From an uncultured Gammaproteobacteria bacterium (GTDB lineage: Bacteria; Patescibacteriota; Patescibacteriia; UBA2196): 64,000 nucleotides of DNA. Position numbers and translations under genes: made by a program. Below the pieces are notes generated by a model. It searched no databases. It saw only the letters and a list, made by a program, of their open reading frames with translations, and was not told the origin of the DNA. The stretch is from positions 767 to 64,766 of the forward strand of contig CAYSXS010000003.1 in NCBI GenBank assembly GCA_964435065.1. Reading direction: 5' to 3'. Positions 1 to 10,298 of this stretch are shown here, piece by piece (the stretch's first letter is position 1; every line of letters begins with the position of its first letter).

Positions 1-716
1 ATTAAACTTCTTGTGTTAACCTTAACTGCACCTATCTCGTTAATTAATAGATCATAATATATTCCTTCAGCAGGAATGAACATAAAAGCAAACTCTAAAG
101 TATCTTCTTCGGGACGAATATATTTTGCTGTTTCATTTATCCTTTTCTTTAAATCTTCCTTAAAAGTTTTTTCTAATTCTAACTTTTTATCTTTATCTTT
201 TTCGTTTAATATTCGCCTATAATTCTCTAAAGGGAATTTAGCATCAACTGGCAATATTTTATCTTTAATATGGATAGCCGCATCTACAGCTTCTCCGTTT
301 TTAAAATGATACTGCATTTCAAAACTACCTGGAGGTAAAATATTATTCAAAATCATCTCCAATCCAGCTTCACCCAAACTTCCTCTGTTTTTTGAATTAG
401 TTAAAACTTGTTCTAAATTCTTAAGTTGTCCTGTGAAATCTACAACCTGCTTATTTGTATTCTCTAGCCTCTCCAATTTAGAAGTAACGTCTTTAATAAT
501 ATCCCCTGTTTGAAAAGATTGCTTCTGAATAAATTCTAAGTTCTTTTCTAAACTTCCTTTCATTTCATCTTTAATCTTCCCTATTTCATCATACATATCC
601 TTTAATTTATCATCCTGACCATCGTCTTTTCCGCTTTTACGCGTCAAAACAAACAGAACTGCTCCGAAACCAGCTATAACGAGGATTATTAAAATTATTT
701 GGAATATTGTTGACAT
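1..716 (-). CDS. rmuC: DNA recombination protein RmuC, 3'-truncated by the window edge; start codon at 716..714
   Basis: Manual minus-strand translation from 716 gives MSTIFQIILIILVIAGFGAVLFVL (N-terminal TM helix), then a coiled-coil region and ...SLGEAGLEMIL..., typical of RmuC. It is absent from the ORF track because the ORF runs off the window. Confidence 0.55.
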   Translation of the reverse strand, partial: MSTIFQIILIILVIAGFGAVLFVLTRKSGKDDGQDDKLKDMYDEIGKIKDEMKGSLEKNLEFIQKQSFQTGDIIKDVTSKLERLENTNKQVVDFTGQLKNLEQVLTNSKNRGSLGEAGLEMILNNILPPGSFEMQYHFKNGEAVDAAIHIKDKILPVDAKFPLENYRRILNEKDKDKKLELEKTFKEDLKKRINETAKYIRPEEDTLEFAFMFIPAEGIYYDLLINEIGAVKVNTRSL

Positions 717-738
717 TTATTTCATTTAATGTTATATT
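710..738 (+). promoter_or_regulatory. sigma70-like promoter (TTGACA, 17-nt spacer, TATATT) for the receiver-domain gene; the -35 box overlaps the rmuC start codon
   Basis: TTGACA at 710-715, 17-nt spacer, TATATT at 733-738; a GAGGA RBS at 782-786 lies 9 nt before the ATG at 796. Confidence 0.4.
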
Positions 739-795
739 ATTGTAACATAATACTAGATCATTGGAAAATTCATATAAAAAAAGAGGATGACTATA

Positions 796-1131
796 ATGAA
801 AAAAATATTAGTAGTAGATGGTGATGAAAATGTCTGTACTTCAATGTATGTTGGGTTAACTAGAAAGGGCTATTTCGTAGAAACAGCTAAAAACAGTGTG
901 GATGGACTTAAAAAAGCAAAGAAAAAATCCTTTAATTTTATCCTGACCGATATTGAGTCACCAAATTTTAATGGCGCTGTTCTGATCCCAATCACTACTA
1001 TTTTTCCTGAAATAAAAATTATTTTGATGTTAGCTCCCGGTTCTGAAAAACTTGAAGAGCGATTAACAAAATACCCACAACTATCAAAACCATTTAAGAT
1101 AACTGAACTTTTAGACATTCTCGAAAATTAA
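796..1131 (+). CDS. single-domain CheY-like response-regulator receiver protein (atypical); the track start 787 is probably an N-extension
   Basis: MKKILVVDGDE ... FILTDIESPNFNG ... KPF conserves the receiver phospho-acceptor Asp and the Lys; the GAGGA RBS favours the ATG at 796. Confidence 0.5.
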   Translation: MKKILVVDGDENVCTSMYVGLTRKGYFVETAKNSVDGLKKAKKKSFNFILTDIESPNFNGAVLIPITTIFPEIKIILMLAPGSEKLEERLTKYPQLSKPFKITELLDILEN

Positions 1132-1155
1132 CAATCCAGCAAAAGAGAAGCTATG

Positions 1156-2025
1156 TCATTTAAAATGCAAATTAAATAATTTCCCAAAATTTTCTGCTGT
1201 GGCTTTAGCTACTTCAGAAAAATTAATATTTTTTATCTCACCAACCTTACAAGCCACGAACTCAACGTTCTGTGGCTTATTTTTTTCTCCACGATGTGGT
1301 TCAGGTGTTAAATATGGAGCATCTGTTTCAACTAATATTCTATCTAAAGGAACAAATTTAACAATTTCTCTTAAATTATCAACTGATTTATTTTTAAAAG
1401 TAATAACTCCATTAAAACCAATATACATACCTAAATCTAAAAACTTTTTAGCTACTTCCTTAGTGGCCCTAGAATCAAAACTATGCACTACTCCTTTTAA
1501 TCCCCTATCTTTAACTATTTCATACAGATCATCATATGCATCGATGGGATTATCTTTACTTCCTCTTGCATGAAAAATAACTGGTAAATCATTTTTTTTA
1601 GCAAATTCTAATTGAGGAATCAATCCATCTTTTTGTAATCCTTTAATTTCTTCAAAATCCATGTTCTCTGGAATGTGCCAATAATCCAAACCAATCTCCC
1701 CTACTGCCACAATCTTGTTATTTTCATCTTCATCTAATAAATCTTGATATACCTTTTCGTTAAATTTTTCTTCACGAGATTTAAATTTAATTTCCTCCTC
1801 ATCAACTTCAGTTGATGATAAGTGAATTGGATGTAATCCAATTACTGCATAGATTGGATCGTTGGGATATTCATTAGCTATTCCTAAAGCTCTTTTAGAT
1901 GTATCTATCTGAGAACCAATATTAATAACGCCGATTTCTTTTTCTAAGCAATCGGCTATTATATCTCTATATTCATCTTTAAAAGATGAAAAATTTAAAT
2001 GACAGTGACTGTCTATTAGTTTCAT
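1156..2025 (-). CDS. tatD: TatD-family metal-dependent hydrolase/DNase
   Basis: N-terminal LIDSHCHL motif, ...FHARGS... and ...VETDAPYL... metal-binding signature. Confidence 0.8.
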   Translation of the reverse strand: MKLIDSHCHLNFSSFKDEYRDIIADCLEKEIGVINIGSQIDTSKRALGIANEYPNDPIYAVIGLHPIHLSSTEVDEEEIKFKSREEKFNEKVYQDLLDEDENNKIVAVGEIGLDYWHIPENMDFEEIKGLQKDGLIPQLEFAKKNDLPVIFHARGSKDNPIDAYDDLYEIVKDRGLKGVVHSFDSRATKEVAKKFLDLGMYIGFNGVITFKNKSVDNLREIVKFVPLDRILVETDAPYLTPEPHRGEKNKPQNVEFVACKVGEIKNINFSEVAKATAENFGKLFNLHFK

Positions 2026-2546
2026 AAAAAGTTAACTAGATTCTTAGCTTGATCAAATAGTTCTGGTAACAAAGGATGTAACCATGTTCCAATACCAAAT
2101 AAGTATTCTGCTAATTTTGAACCCTCAATCGCAGGAATTAAAAACTCAGCAAAAGGAAATCTAACCACAAAAACTAAAACCACTCCAACAACTATTCCTC
2201 CTTCAATAAAACCAAACATTAATCCAGTAATACGATTAATTGTTTTTAAAAAAGGAATTACAGACAATACATTATATATCTTATTCAAAATCCAGAACAC
2301 CAAACTAATTAATCTACTAACAATAATGAAAATTATGAAAAAACCAACAATCCTCGCCCAATTATCCGGCATTCCTAAATCAACAAACCAGTCCGCAAAA
2401 GGTTGGAAATAGTTAGCAGCAACTATTATACCTAATATTGTTCCTATTAAAGAACCCAATGAACGGATTAATCCAAAGAAAAATCCAGCAAAGGCAAAAA
2501 AGAACAGGATAATAACCAAAATGAAATCGAGCACAGTTAAAGTCAT
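2022..2546 (-). CDS. CvpA-family membrane protein
   Basis: 174 aa with four predicted TM helices and CvpA-like N-terminal pattern; 4-nt overlap with tatD. Confidence 0.5.
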   Translation of the reverse strand: MTLTVLDFILVIILFFFAFAGFFFGLIRSLGSLIGTILGIIVAANYFQPFADWFVDLGMPDNWARIVGFFIIFIIVSRLISLVFWILNKIYNVLSVIPFLKTINRITGLMFGFIEGGIVVGVVLVFVVRFPFAEFLIPAIEGSKLAEYLFGIGTWLHPLLPELFDQAKNLVNFL

Positions 2547-2557
2547 ATGTTTATATA

Positions 2558-3157
2558 TTATTTTATATTTTTAGCTATAAAGTTTAAATAAATACTTGTT
2601 CGGGGCTGAAATTTTTGAAAGTGTAAAATTTCAAACCCGTTCTGATCTAAAATGTTTTCTAATTCGCTTTGAGAATATAACATAAACAATCTTGGTTCTT
2701 TTACCCCCTTTGTGTCTCGTATAACCTCTCCCTCTCCTTCTAACATTCCTAATCCAAAAATACCTTCGGGTCTTAAAACTCTTCTAATTTCTGTTAATGC
2801 ATCTGTAATTTGTTTTTTTGATACATGTAACAAAGAGGTGTAAGCCCATACTCCGTCAAAGGTATCATCCGCAAAAGGAATTTCTAAAAAATTTGCTAAA
2901 ACAGTTTCAAAACCTTTTTGTTTACACATACTCACCATCTTTTCTGATGCATCTAGACAAACTACTTCAAAACCTTTTTGTTTTAAAATTAAAGCGTCAC
3001 GACCAGGTCCACTACCAACATCTAAAATTTTTCCTCGCCAAACGTACTTCTGAAATTCATCAAAAAAAGTATAAGGAAATTTTTCCCAAAATCCTTGTGT
3101 TTCCTCATCATACTCTTTGGCTAGTTTATTATATGTATCTATGGTCTGTTTGTGCAT
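2558..3157 (-). CDS. class I SAM-dependent methyltransferase
   Basis: ILDVGSGPGRDALIL glycine-rich SAM-binding motif I. Confidence 0.7.
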   Translation of the reverse strand: MHKQTIDTYNKLAKEYDEETQGFWEKFPYTFFDEFQKYVWRGKILDVGSGPGRDALILKQKGFEVVCLDASEKMVSMCKQKGFETVLANFLEIPFADDTFDGVWAYTSLLHVSKKQITDALTEIRRVLRPEGIFGLGMLEGEGEVIRDTKGVKEPRLFMLYSQSELENILDQNGFEILHFQKFQPRTSIYLNFIAKNIK

Positions 3158-3159
3158 AA

Positions 3160-4578
3160 CTATATTCTAGGAAATAGAGGATCTTGTTTTTTAATTTGTT
3201 TTTCACTGAACTGTTTAACAATTTTTTCAGAAATATCAGGCATAAATGGTGATAATAGCTCAGCTACATTTAAAATTACTTGAGCTACTGGTTCTAAAAC
3301 TTTTTTAATCTCATCTTTATCTTCCATTTTCCATGGTTTAGAATTACTAATATTTTCATCGCACTGCCTTAATCTGCTCCACAAAACCTCTAAAGCCTCA
3401 TTAAATTTATATTCCCCCATCTTCACATCAAATTCTTTTTTTAATTCTTCATCACTTCCTACTTGTATAGTAACTTCAATTTCATTCTGTTCTAAAAGAT
3501 TAGATGTACGAGCAACTAAATTACCTAGACCGTTTGCTAAATCTGCATTATATTGTTGTTCAAAAGCCTCATTTGAAAAATCACTATCATCAACAGGATG
3601 AATATGGCGTAGTAAATAATATCGTATAGGGTCTGTACCATATTTTCCAATCAGTTCAAAAGGATCTATTACATTGCCAAGAGATTTGCTCATTTTTTGT
3701 CCTCCAGCAGTAATAAAACCATGAATGAAAATCTGTTTTGAAGTTGGTAAACCAGCAGACAAAAGCATTGCTTGCCACATTGAAGATTGTTGGCGTAAAT
3801 TATCTTTTCCTGCAACTTGTACTCCTGGCCAATATTCATTAAATTTTTCTTCATTATCAGGCCAACCCAAACATGAGATATAGTTTATGAGAGCATCAAA
3901 CCAAACATAGATAACATGTTCATCATCATTAGGAACAGAAACACCCCAAGGCATTTTTTCTTTTAAACGTGAGATACTAAAATCTTGTAATCCTCTTTCT
4001 GTAAATTTTGTAATTTCATTTAACCTAAAACCAGGCACAATAAAGTCTGGGTTATTTTTATATAATTCTAAAAGTTTATCTTGATAATTTGAATAACGGA
4101 AAAAATAATTTTCTTCTTCTATTGTTTCTAAATCTAAATTAGGATGGATTGGACATTTATCATTTTCCAGTTCTGACTCTGTTTTTTCTAATTCACAACC
4201 AACACAATATTTAACTTTATAACTCTTCTTATAAATATCCCCTTTATCAAAACATCTTTTCCAAAACTCTTGGGCTGCTTTTATGTGATCCCCATCTGTA
4301 GTACGAATAAAGTTATCATAACTTAAATTTAAAGCCTTCTTTAAATCATCAAATTTAGCAGCATATTCATCACAATATTCCTGAGGATCCCTTTTTTGCT
4401 CCATAGCATTACGATAAATTTTTAAACCATGTTCATCAGTACCTGTATTAAAAAAAACTTCATCACCTTTTTGGCGATTATATCTAGCCATTGCATCTGC
4501 TTGTACAATTTCTAAAGCAAAGCCAATATGTGGCTTGTCATTAACATAGGGTAAAGTTGTTGTAATGTAATATTTCAT
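3160..4578 (-). CDS. metG: methionyl-tRNA synthetase (short form, no C-terminal tRNA-binding domain)
   Basis: YITTTLPYVNDKPHIGFA (HIGH-type region) and KMSKSLGNVIDP; Cys knuckle KYCVGCE. Confidence 0.85.
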   Translation of the reverse strand: MKYYITTTLPYVNDKPHIGFALEIVQADAMARYNRQKGDEVFFNTGTDEHGLKIYRNAMEQKRDPQEYCDEYAAKFDDLKKALNLSYDNFIRTTDGDHIKAAQEFWKRCFDKGDIYKKSYKVKYCVGCELEKTESELENDKCPIHPNLDLETIEEENYFFRYSNYQDKLLELYKNNPDFIVPGFRLNEITKFTERGLQDFSISRLKEKMPWGVSVPNDDEHVIYVWFDALINYISCLGWPDNEEKFNEYWPGVQVAGKDNLRQQSSMWQAMLLSAGLPTSKQIFIHGFITAGGQKMSKSLGNVIDPFELIGKYGTDPIRYYLLRHIHPVDDSDFSNEAFEQQYNADLANGLGNLVARTSNLLEQNEIEVTIQVGSDEELKKEFDVKMGEYKFNEALEVLWSRLRQCDENISNSKPWKMEDKDEIKKVLEPVAQVILNVAELLSPFMPDISEKIVKQFSEKQIKKQDPLFPRI

Positions 4579-4590
4579 ATATATAATCGT

Positions 4591-5241
4591 CTATCCAACT
4601 ACTACCACATACTCACCCTTTATTTTATCACCCTCTACTTGTTCTAAAACTTCTTCAATGTTTCCGCGGTAAATAGTTTCAAATTTTTTAGTTAATTCTC
4701 GACAAACTACAAATCTTTTATCTTTTGTTTTAAATTCTTGTAACATTTTTAATGTTTTTATAATTCTATGTTTTGATTCATAAAAAACAACTGTTTTCTT
4801 TTCTTCCCAAACTTGTTTTAATATCTTTTGTTTTCCTTTTTTGTGAGGTATAAACCCAAGAAAAATAAACTCATCTGTTGGTAACCCGCTGACTGACAGT
4901 GCTGAAATTACAGCACTTGCTCCAGGAATCGGGACAACTTCTATATCAACCAGTTCACTAATTAATTTATTGCCTGGGTCAGATATACCTGGCGTGCCAG
5001 CATCTGTAACAAGAGCAACATCATTATCTTTAATTAAATTAATTAATGAATCTACTTTTTTTTGATTAGAATGTTGATGATAACTAATTAGTCTCTTATT
5101 CTTTATCTCATAACGATCTAATAACCTCTTTGTAATCCTAGTGTCTTCGCATAAAATATATTCTACTTGCTTTAACACATTTAATGCTCTTAAAGTAATA
5201 TCTTCTAAATTTCCAATAGGTGTTGCTACAATATATATCAT
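4591..5241 (-). CDS. rsmI: 16S rRNA (cytidine1402-2'-O)-methyltransferase
   Basis: MIYIVATPIGNLEDITLRALNVLKQVEYILCEDTR, a tetrapyrrole-methylase fold typical of RsmI. Confidence 0.85.
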   Translation of the reverse strand: MIYIVATPIGNLEDITLRALNVLKQVEYILCEDTRITKRLLDRYEIKNKRLISYHQHSNQKKVDSLINLIKDNDVALVTDAGTPGISDPGNKLISELVDIEVVPIPGASAVISALSVSGLPTDEFIFLGFIPHKKGKQKILKQVWEEKKTVVFYESKHRIIKTLKMLQEFKTKDKRFVVCRELTKKFETIYRGNIEEVLEQVEGDKIKGEYVVVVG

Positions 5242-5249
5242 AAAAATAT

Positions 5250-6281
5250 CTATTTTTTTTCTTCATCATTACTACCAAAAACACCTTTTGGCACAAACTC
5301 ATTAAGTAAAATACTAAGCATAGCAGCTACTGGTACAGCTAATAAAGCGCCGACAATGCCAGCCAATCTTCCACCAACCAGAATTGCAACTATTACAATA
5401 ACAGGGTTTAAACCAGTTGCCTTTTGCATAACTTTTGGTACTAATACATGATTTTCAAGCTGTTGAACGATTAAATACAATATGCCAACCAACAAAGCTT
5501 TAAGCCAAGAATCTGATACAGCTATAAATATTGCTGGGATTGCACCAAGGAATGGTCCTACAAAAGGAATTATCTCTGTTAAACCAGCAATTAAAGCTAA
5601 TAACAAGGCATATTTAACACCCATTATTGTCAATCCTAAATATGTCATCAAACCAACCACCAGCATCAGGGTTAATTGCCCACGCAACCACAAACCCATT
5701 GTATCCTGAATTCGATCAATTAATTTAACTGCATAAGATCTAAATTTCTTTGGTGTAACAAATTGTATAAAATGTTTTAAACCCTGTTCTTCTACAACTA
5801 AATAGAAAACAATAACTAATACAGACAGTAAAGAAATTAAACCACCAAATATACCTGTTAAGGTAGAGAAAACTCCTTTAGTTGCTTCACCAAGATTAGC
5901 ACTCAAACTACTCAGAGCTTCTGGTAAATTAGATTGTCCTCCTCCACCTCCATCCTGAACACTATTTATCCCTAACATCACCTGTTCATAATATCCTGGT
6001 AAATTCTTTGCAAATTGGCCTACTTGTTCTGAAATAGGCGGAATAAGCATAACCAAAACTAAACTAAAAACTGCAAAGATTATTAAATAGATAACAAGAA
6101 TAGAAACTGCACGTGGTATTTTGTGCTTCTGAAAATAATCAACAAAAGGATCTAGTGCAGCAGCAGCTACGATTGAGATAAAAACCAAAGCCACTACTTC
6201 ACGTATAACATAGAAAAAAGCCAAAACTAAAAGTACAAAAATTACTCTTAGAATTGATTGGTATGAAATTGTTTTGTCCAT
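5250..6281 (-). CDS. AI-2E family transporter (PerM-like permease)
   Basis: 343 aa with about 8 TM helices in the AI-2E/UPF0118 arrangement; contains a GGGGG loop. Confidence 0.65.
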   Translation of the reverse strand: MDKTISYQSILRVIFVLLVLAFFYVIREVVALVFISIVAAAALDPFVDYFQKHKIPRAVSILVIYLIIFAVFSLVLVMLIPPISEQVGQFAKNLPGYYEQVMLGINSVQDGGGGGQSNLPEALSSLSANLGEATKGVFSTLTGIFGGLISLLSVLVIVFYLVVEEQGLKHFIQFVTPKKFRSYAVKLIDRIQDTMGLWLRGQLTLMLVVGLMTYLGLTIMGVKYALLLALIAGLTEIIPFVGPFLGAIPAIFIAVSDSWLKALLVGILYLIVQQLENHVLVPKVMQKATGLNPVIVIVAILVGGRLAGIVGALLAVPVAAMLSILLNEFVPKGVFGSNDEEKK

Positions 6282-6297
6282 ATATTTATTTTTTATT

Positions 6298-7563
6298 TTA
6301 TATTTTTAAAATCTTTAAAAATTCTTTTTCAGACTTAAATGGTCCAATTAAAGCTAAATTAATATTTTTAGTCTGAAATATCTTTTTGGCTACCCTATCA
6401 ACATCTTTCTTTGTAATTTTCATAATCTCTGCAATCTTTTGTTCTGGGGTTTTAGTCTTCTTGTTTAACAATTGTTCACGACCATACCATCCAGCAACAA
6501 AAGAAGAATCTTCTAAATGTAAAATAATCTTACCTTTAAAATATTCTTTAGCACGATTTAGCTCTTCTTTGGTAACTCCATTCTTTTTTATCTTCCTAAT
6601 CTCATTGAAAATAGATTCTACTGCTGGGATAATTCTATCCTTATCTAAACCAGCCCTAATATTTAAATTACCAATTTCTTCATAAACATTTAAACTCGAG
6701 CTAATATAGTAACAAAGACCTTGTCTTTCACGAATGTTGATAAATAACCTAGAACTGGCAAACCCACCTAAGATTATAGACATAAGACTTATAATTGATA
6801 TATCTTTATCTCTATCCCCAGGACTGATGAAACCCAAAGATAAGTGTGCTTGCTCCGTCTTCTTGTATTTTAATAAAAGGTTGGGTTTATTTTGTTTTAA
6901 ATTAACTTTATCAAACTTAGCTTTACTCTTATTCTTTAAGTTATTCCCAAAATATCTTTCAACCATTTTCCTAATATCTTTTTGTTCCATGTTTCCTGCC
7001 ACACTAACCAACATATTTTTTGGGAAATAATATTTATCTTTGTAATTTAACATTTTACTGCGTGTCACACTACGAACATTTTCTTTACTGCCTAATTGAT
7101 CATGCATTAAACTATTTCCTTTATACATAATTTCTTCCATTAAAACCTCTGTCCAAGCCATTGGCACGTCATCATACATATTCATTTCTTCGATAATAGT
7201 ACCCTTTTCTCTATTTATTTCTTTTTCTTCTAATTTAGAATTAAAAATCACATCAGACAAAACATCTAAAGCTAATTCTAAATGTTCTGAATTTATCTTT
7301 ACATAAAAACCTGTATGATCTTTGGTTGTAAAAAAGTTATATTCTGCACCAACCGAATCAAGTTCCCGCGATAAAGCTAATGTTGTTGGCCTGTCTTTTG
7401 TTCCCTTAAACAGCATGTGTTCAAGGAAATGTGACATGCCGGTAATGTTTTTTGGTTCATGACGTGATCCAACACCAACCAAAACCAACGCAGTAACGGC
7501 TTTTGTTTCTTTCTGCGGTGTCAAAATAACTTGTAATCCATTCTTTAATTTATATTTTTTCAT
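6298..7563 (-). CDS. M16-family (pitrilysin/insulinase) zinc peptidase
   Basis: Inverted zinc motif HFLEH near the N-terminus, followed by ...EY... distal Glu region. Confidence 0.75.
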   Translation of the reverse strand: MKKYKLKNGLQVILTPQKETKAVTALVLVGVGSRHEPKNITGMSHFLEHMLFKGTKDRPTTLALSRELDSVGAEYNFFTTKDHTGFYVKINSEHLELALDVLSDVIFNSKLEEKEINREKGTIIEEMNMYDDVPMAWTEVLMEEIMYKGNSLMHDQLGSKENVRSVTRSKMLNYKDKYYFPKNMLVSVAGNMEQKDIRKMVERYFGNNLKNKSKAKFDKVNLKQNKPNLLLKYKKTEQAHLSLGFISPGDRDKDISIISLMSIILGGFASSRLFINIRERQGLCYYISSSLNVYEEIGNLNIRAGLDKDRIIPAVESIFNEIRKIKKNGVTKEELNRAKEYFKGKIILHLEDSSFVAGWYGREQLLNKKTKTPEQKIAEIMKITKKDVDRVAKKIFQTKNINLALIGPFKSEKEFLKILKI

Positions 7564-8099
7564 CTCAACTTCTTTTCTAAAGTTAATTCGTAGTCTTTAA
7601 AACCATTTTTTCTATAAAAATTTATTCCTGATAAATTTTGAGCTAAAGCTGTAACTGAAATATATTTAACTTTTTTCTTTTTACACCAGTTAACAAAATT
7701 TTTAACCAATACCCCACCAATTCCGTTACTTCTACAATTTTTATCAATTATCATATTTTCTAATTCTGCATATTTTTCATTTTTTCGATAAGACTGTATT
7801 TTAGATAAACCACCACACAAATACCCAACAACTTTATTTGTTGTGTTTTCAAACACAACTTCAACAAAACCATTGCTTTTTTGAATCCTATCTTTAAAAT
7901 ACTTCTTACTGCCGCTACTGTAAACACTATTTAAATCTAAGCTTTTGTCATATTCCTTATACTCTTTTTTGTTCAAATCTAAATTCAATCTTAAAATATC
8001 TTCTAAGTTGTTTATTGTTGCCTTTTTTATAATAAAATTTTTCAATTTGTATTTTTTCATTTTATAACCTATCTTCGAAATATTTTTCCAACTCATCAA
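7560..8099 (-). CDS. GNAT family N-acetyltransferase
   Basis: C-terminal acetyl-CoA binding region ...RSNGIGGVLVKNFVNWC...; its 3' end overlaps glyQS by 38 nt. Confidence 0.55.
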   Translation of the reverse strand: MMSWKNISKIGYKMKKYKLKNFIIKKATINNLEDILRLNLDLNKKEYKEYDKSLDLNSVYSSGSKKYFKDRIQKSNGFVEVVFENTTNKVVGYLCGGLSKIQSYRKNEKYAELENMIIDKNCRSNGIGGVLVKNFVNWCKKKKVKYISVTALAQNLSGINFYRKNGFKDYELTLEKKLR

Positions 8100-9393
8100 T
8101 TTTTACTCTCTCTTGCTCCATCGTGTCTCTATCACGAACAGTAACAGAATTATCTTTCTCTAAAGTATCAAAATCAACAGTTACACAGTATGGAGTACCA
8201 ATTTCATCTTGACGGCGATAACGTTTACCAATTGATCCTGTTTGGTCATATTGACACATCCATTTTGCAGACAAAGTTTCAAAAATTTTCTGTGCTGAAT
8301 CTTGCAAAGGATCTTTTTTGAAAAGAGGGAAGATGGCAATCTTAATTGGTGCTAAATCCTTATGTAATTTCAATACAACTTCAGTTTGATGTTTAGAGTC
8401 ATCATCACCACTACGCGTCTCTACTTCTGTATATGCATCAATTAAAAACATTAAAACAGCTCTATCAGCACCCATTGAAACTTCTTGTACCCAAGGAATA
8501 AACTTATTCTTATCTTGATCTGTATAATTCATATCTTCACCACTAAACTCCCCATGACGAGATAAATCCCAATCACCACGATTGTGTACACCAGCGAACT
8601 CATTCCAATCACCAAACGGTGTCTTGTATTCAATATCCCATGCCTCTTTAGCATAATGTGCCAACTCATCTTTTTCGTGCTGACGCCAACGAATATTATC
8701 TTTTTTATTAATTAATTGTTTATACCAATTCATTGTCCATTCTTTCCACTCGTTATAGAATTTATCAGCATCTTTTTCATTCACAAAATATTGCATTTCC
8801 ATTTGTTCAAATTCACGAGTTCTGAAAATAAAATTACCTGGAGTTATTTCATTACGAAAAGCTTTACCAATTTGAGCAATACCAAATGGAATTTTTTTCC
8901 GCATTGAATCTTTAACATTTAAATAGTTCAAATAAATACCTTGGCAAGTTTCACCTCTCATGTATGCCTCATCTTGTTTTCCTTCTATTGCACCAAGATT
9001 TGTTTTCATTAATAAGTTAAATTGTTTTGATTCACCTAATTCTCCTTGACAGTCAGGACATTCTTTTTTTTCTAATTGATCTTCACGAAATCTTTTCTTA
9101 CATTTTTTACATTCCACCAAAGGATCTGTAAAATTTTCTAAATGACCAGATGCTTCCCAAACAATTTTTGGAGATAAAATAGCACTATCTAACCCAACTA
9201 CATCCTGTCGTTTTTGTACCATTTCTTTCCACCAAGCTTTCTTAACATTATTCTTAAGTTCAACACCTAAAGGGCCATAATCCCAACATGAACGAAGACC
9301 ACCATAAATTTCTGATGCTGGAAAGACAAAACCACGTCTTTTAGCTAAAGACACCAGTTTTTCCATTTTTTCTGATTGTTTTTTATCAGCCAT
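8062..9393 (-). CDS. glyQS: glycyl-tRNA synthetase, dimeric class II (archaeal/eukaryote-like GlyQS)
   Basis: N-terminus LAKRRGFVFPASEIYGGLRSCWDYGPLG; class II motifs FRNEI and GDWDLSRHGE. Confidence 0.85.
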   Translation of the reverse strand: MADKKQSEKMEKLVSLAKRRGFVFPASEIYGGLRSCWDYGPLGVELKNNVKKAWWKEMVQKRQDVVGLDSAILSPKIVWEASGHLENFTDPLVECKKCKKRFREDQLEKKECPDCQGELGESKQFNLLMKTNLGAIEGKQDEAYMRGETCQGIYLNYLNVKDSMRKKIPFGIAQIGKAFRNEITPGNFIFRTREFEQMEMQYFVNEKDADKFYNEWKEWTMNWYKQLINKKDNIRWRQHEKDELAHYAKEAWDIEYKTPFGDWNEFAGVHNRGDWDLSRHGEFSGEDMNYTDQDKNKFIPWVQEVSMGADRAVLMFLIDAYTEVETRSGDDDSKHQTEVVLKLHKDLAPIKIAIFPLFKKDPLQDSAQKIFETLSAKWMCQYDQTGSIGKRYRRQDEIGTPYCVTVDFDTLEKDNSVTVRDRDTMEQERVKIDELEKYFEDRL

Positions 9394-9802
9394 AAAGTTT
9401 TTGAATAATTTGCGAAAATTCTAAAATATCTTCCAGATTTTTATGTAAAATATTATGTACAAGGTTATAATCTATTTTTCTATAATCATGGACAATTACA
9501 TTTCTAAAACCTGCCATATTAATAAGTTTTCTGTATAATTCTTCGTTTATTACATCTTTATCTTTTAAAATATAAAAGCTTTCACTTAAAGTAGTTGGTT
9601 TTCTAAAATTTTTAGCAGAAATAAAAGCTTCTGCTAAATCAATAGTCGCTTGTGTTGCTAAATGCAGATATCTTTCGACTGCTCCTCGAATATCAACATT
9701 ATTAGTTATTTCTTCAACTGAATATTGTTTATATCGTTCAAGAATATCCAAATATTCTCTAATAGCACTAATCTTATTTTCAATAACATCTGATTTAAGC
9801 AT
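9386..9802 (-). CDS. hepT: HepT-like (DUF86) RNase toxin of a HepT/MntA pair
   Basis: Rx4HxY motif RNVIVHDY near the C-terminus; 8-nt overlap with the upstream nucleotidyltransferase gene. Confidence 0.7.
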   Translation of the reverse strand: MLKSDVIENKISAIREYLDILERYKQYSVEEITNNVDIRGAVERYLHLATQATIDLAEAFISAKNFRKPTTLSESFYILKDKDVINEELYRKLINMAGFRNVIVHDYRKIDYNLVHNILHKNLEDILEFSQIIQKLYG

Positions 9803-10274
9803 AAGTTTCTTGATATTTAGTTAAACCATAACGAGAAAGTATCATTTTAAAATCAAAATATTCATTTAATATTTTTGGTTCGATTATAACTTTTTGTTCT
9901 TTATCTCTTTCCAAAATTATATCTCCATTAATTATTGCATACTTTAACTCTGGAGATTCTGTTAAATTTAAAACCACCACATCAATATTATCAGTTTTTA
10001 AAAATAAACTTAAATCACTTATTAATTCCAGTTTAATTTTAAACATTTCAGTTTCATTTAGCTTTTCGTCTAAATATATTGCAAAATCATAATCACTCAT
10101 TGGCCCCGAATTACCATTTGCTTGAGAACCAAAAAGATACGCTAATTCAACTGACTCACGTTTTTCAAAAATTAATTTGACTTTTTTTATCAAATTTTGT
10201 TTATTTTCTTGATTCATATACTCTAATTGTATAATATTTATCAATTTTGAGCAAATAAAAACAGATAATAACAC
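9795..10274 (-). CDS. mntA: MntA-like minimal nucleotidyltransferase (antitoxin)
   Basis: LFGSQANGNSGPMSDYDFAIY matches the GSx10DxD Pol-beta nucleotidyltransferase motif; it sits directly upstream of hepT. Confidence 0.65.
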   Translation of the reverse strand: MLLSVFICSKLINIIQLEYMNQENKQNLIKKVKLIFEKRESVELAYLFGSQANGNSGPMSDYDFAIYLDEKLNETEMFKIKLELISDLSLFLKTDNIDVVVLNLTESPELKYAIINGDIILERDKEQKVIIEPKILNEYFDFKMILSRYGLTKYQETYA

Positions 10275-10298
10275 CTATTATCCATTATTCTCCAGATA

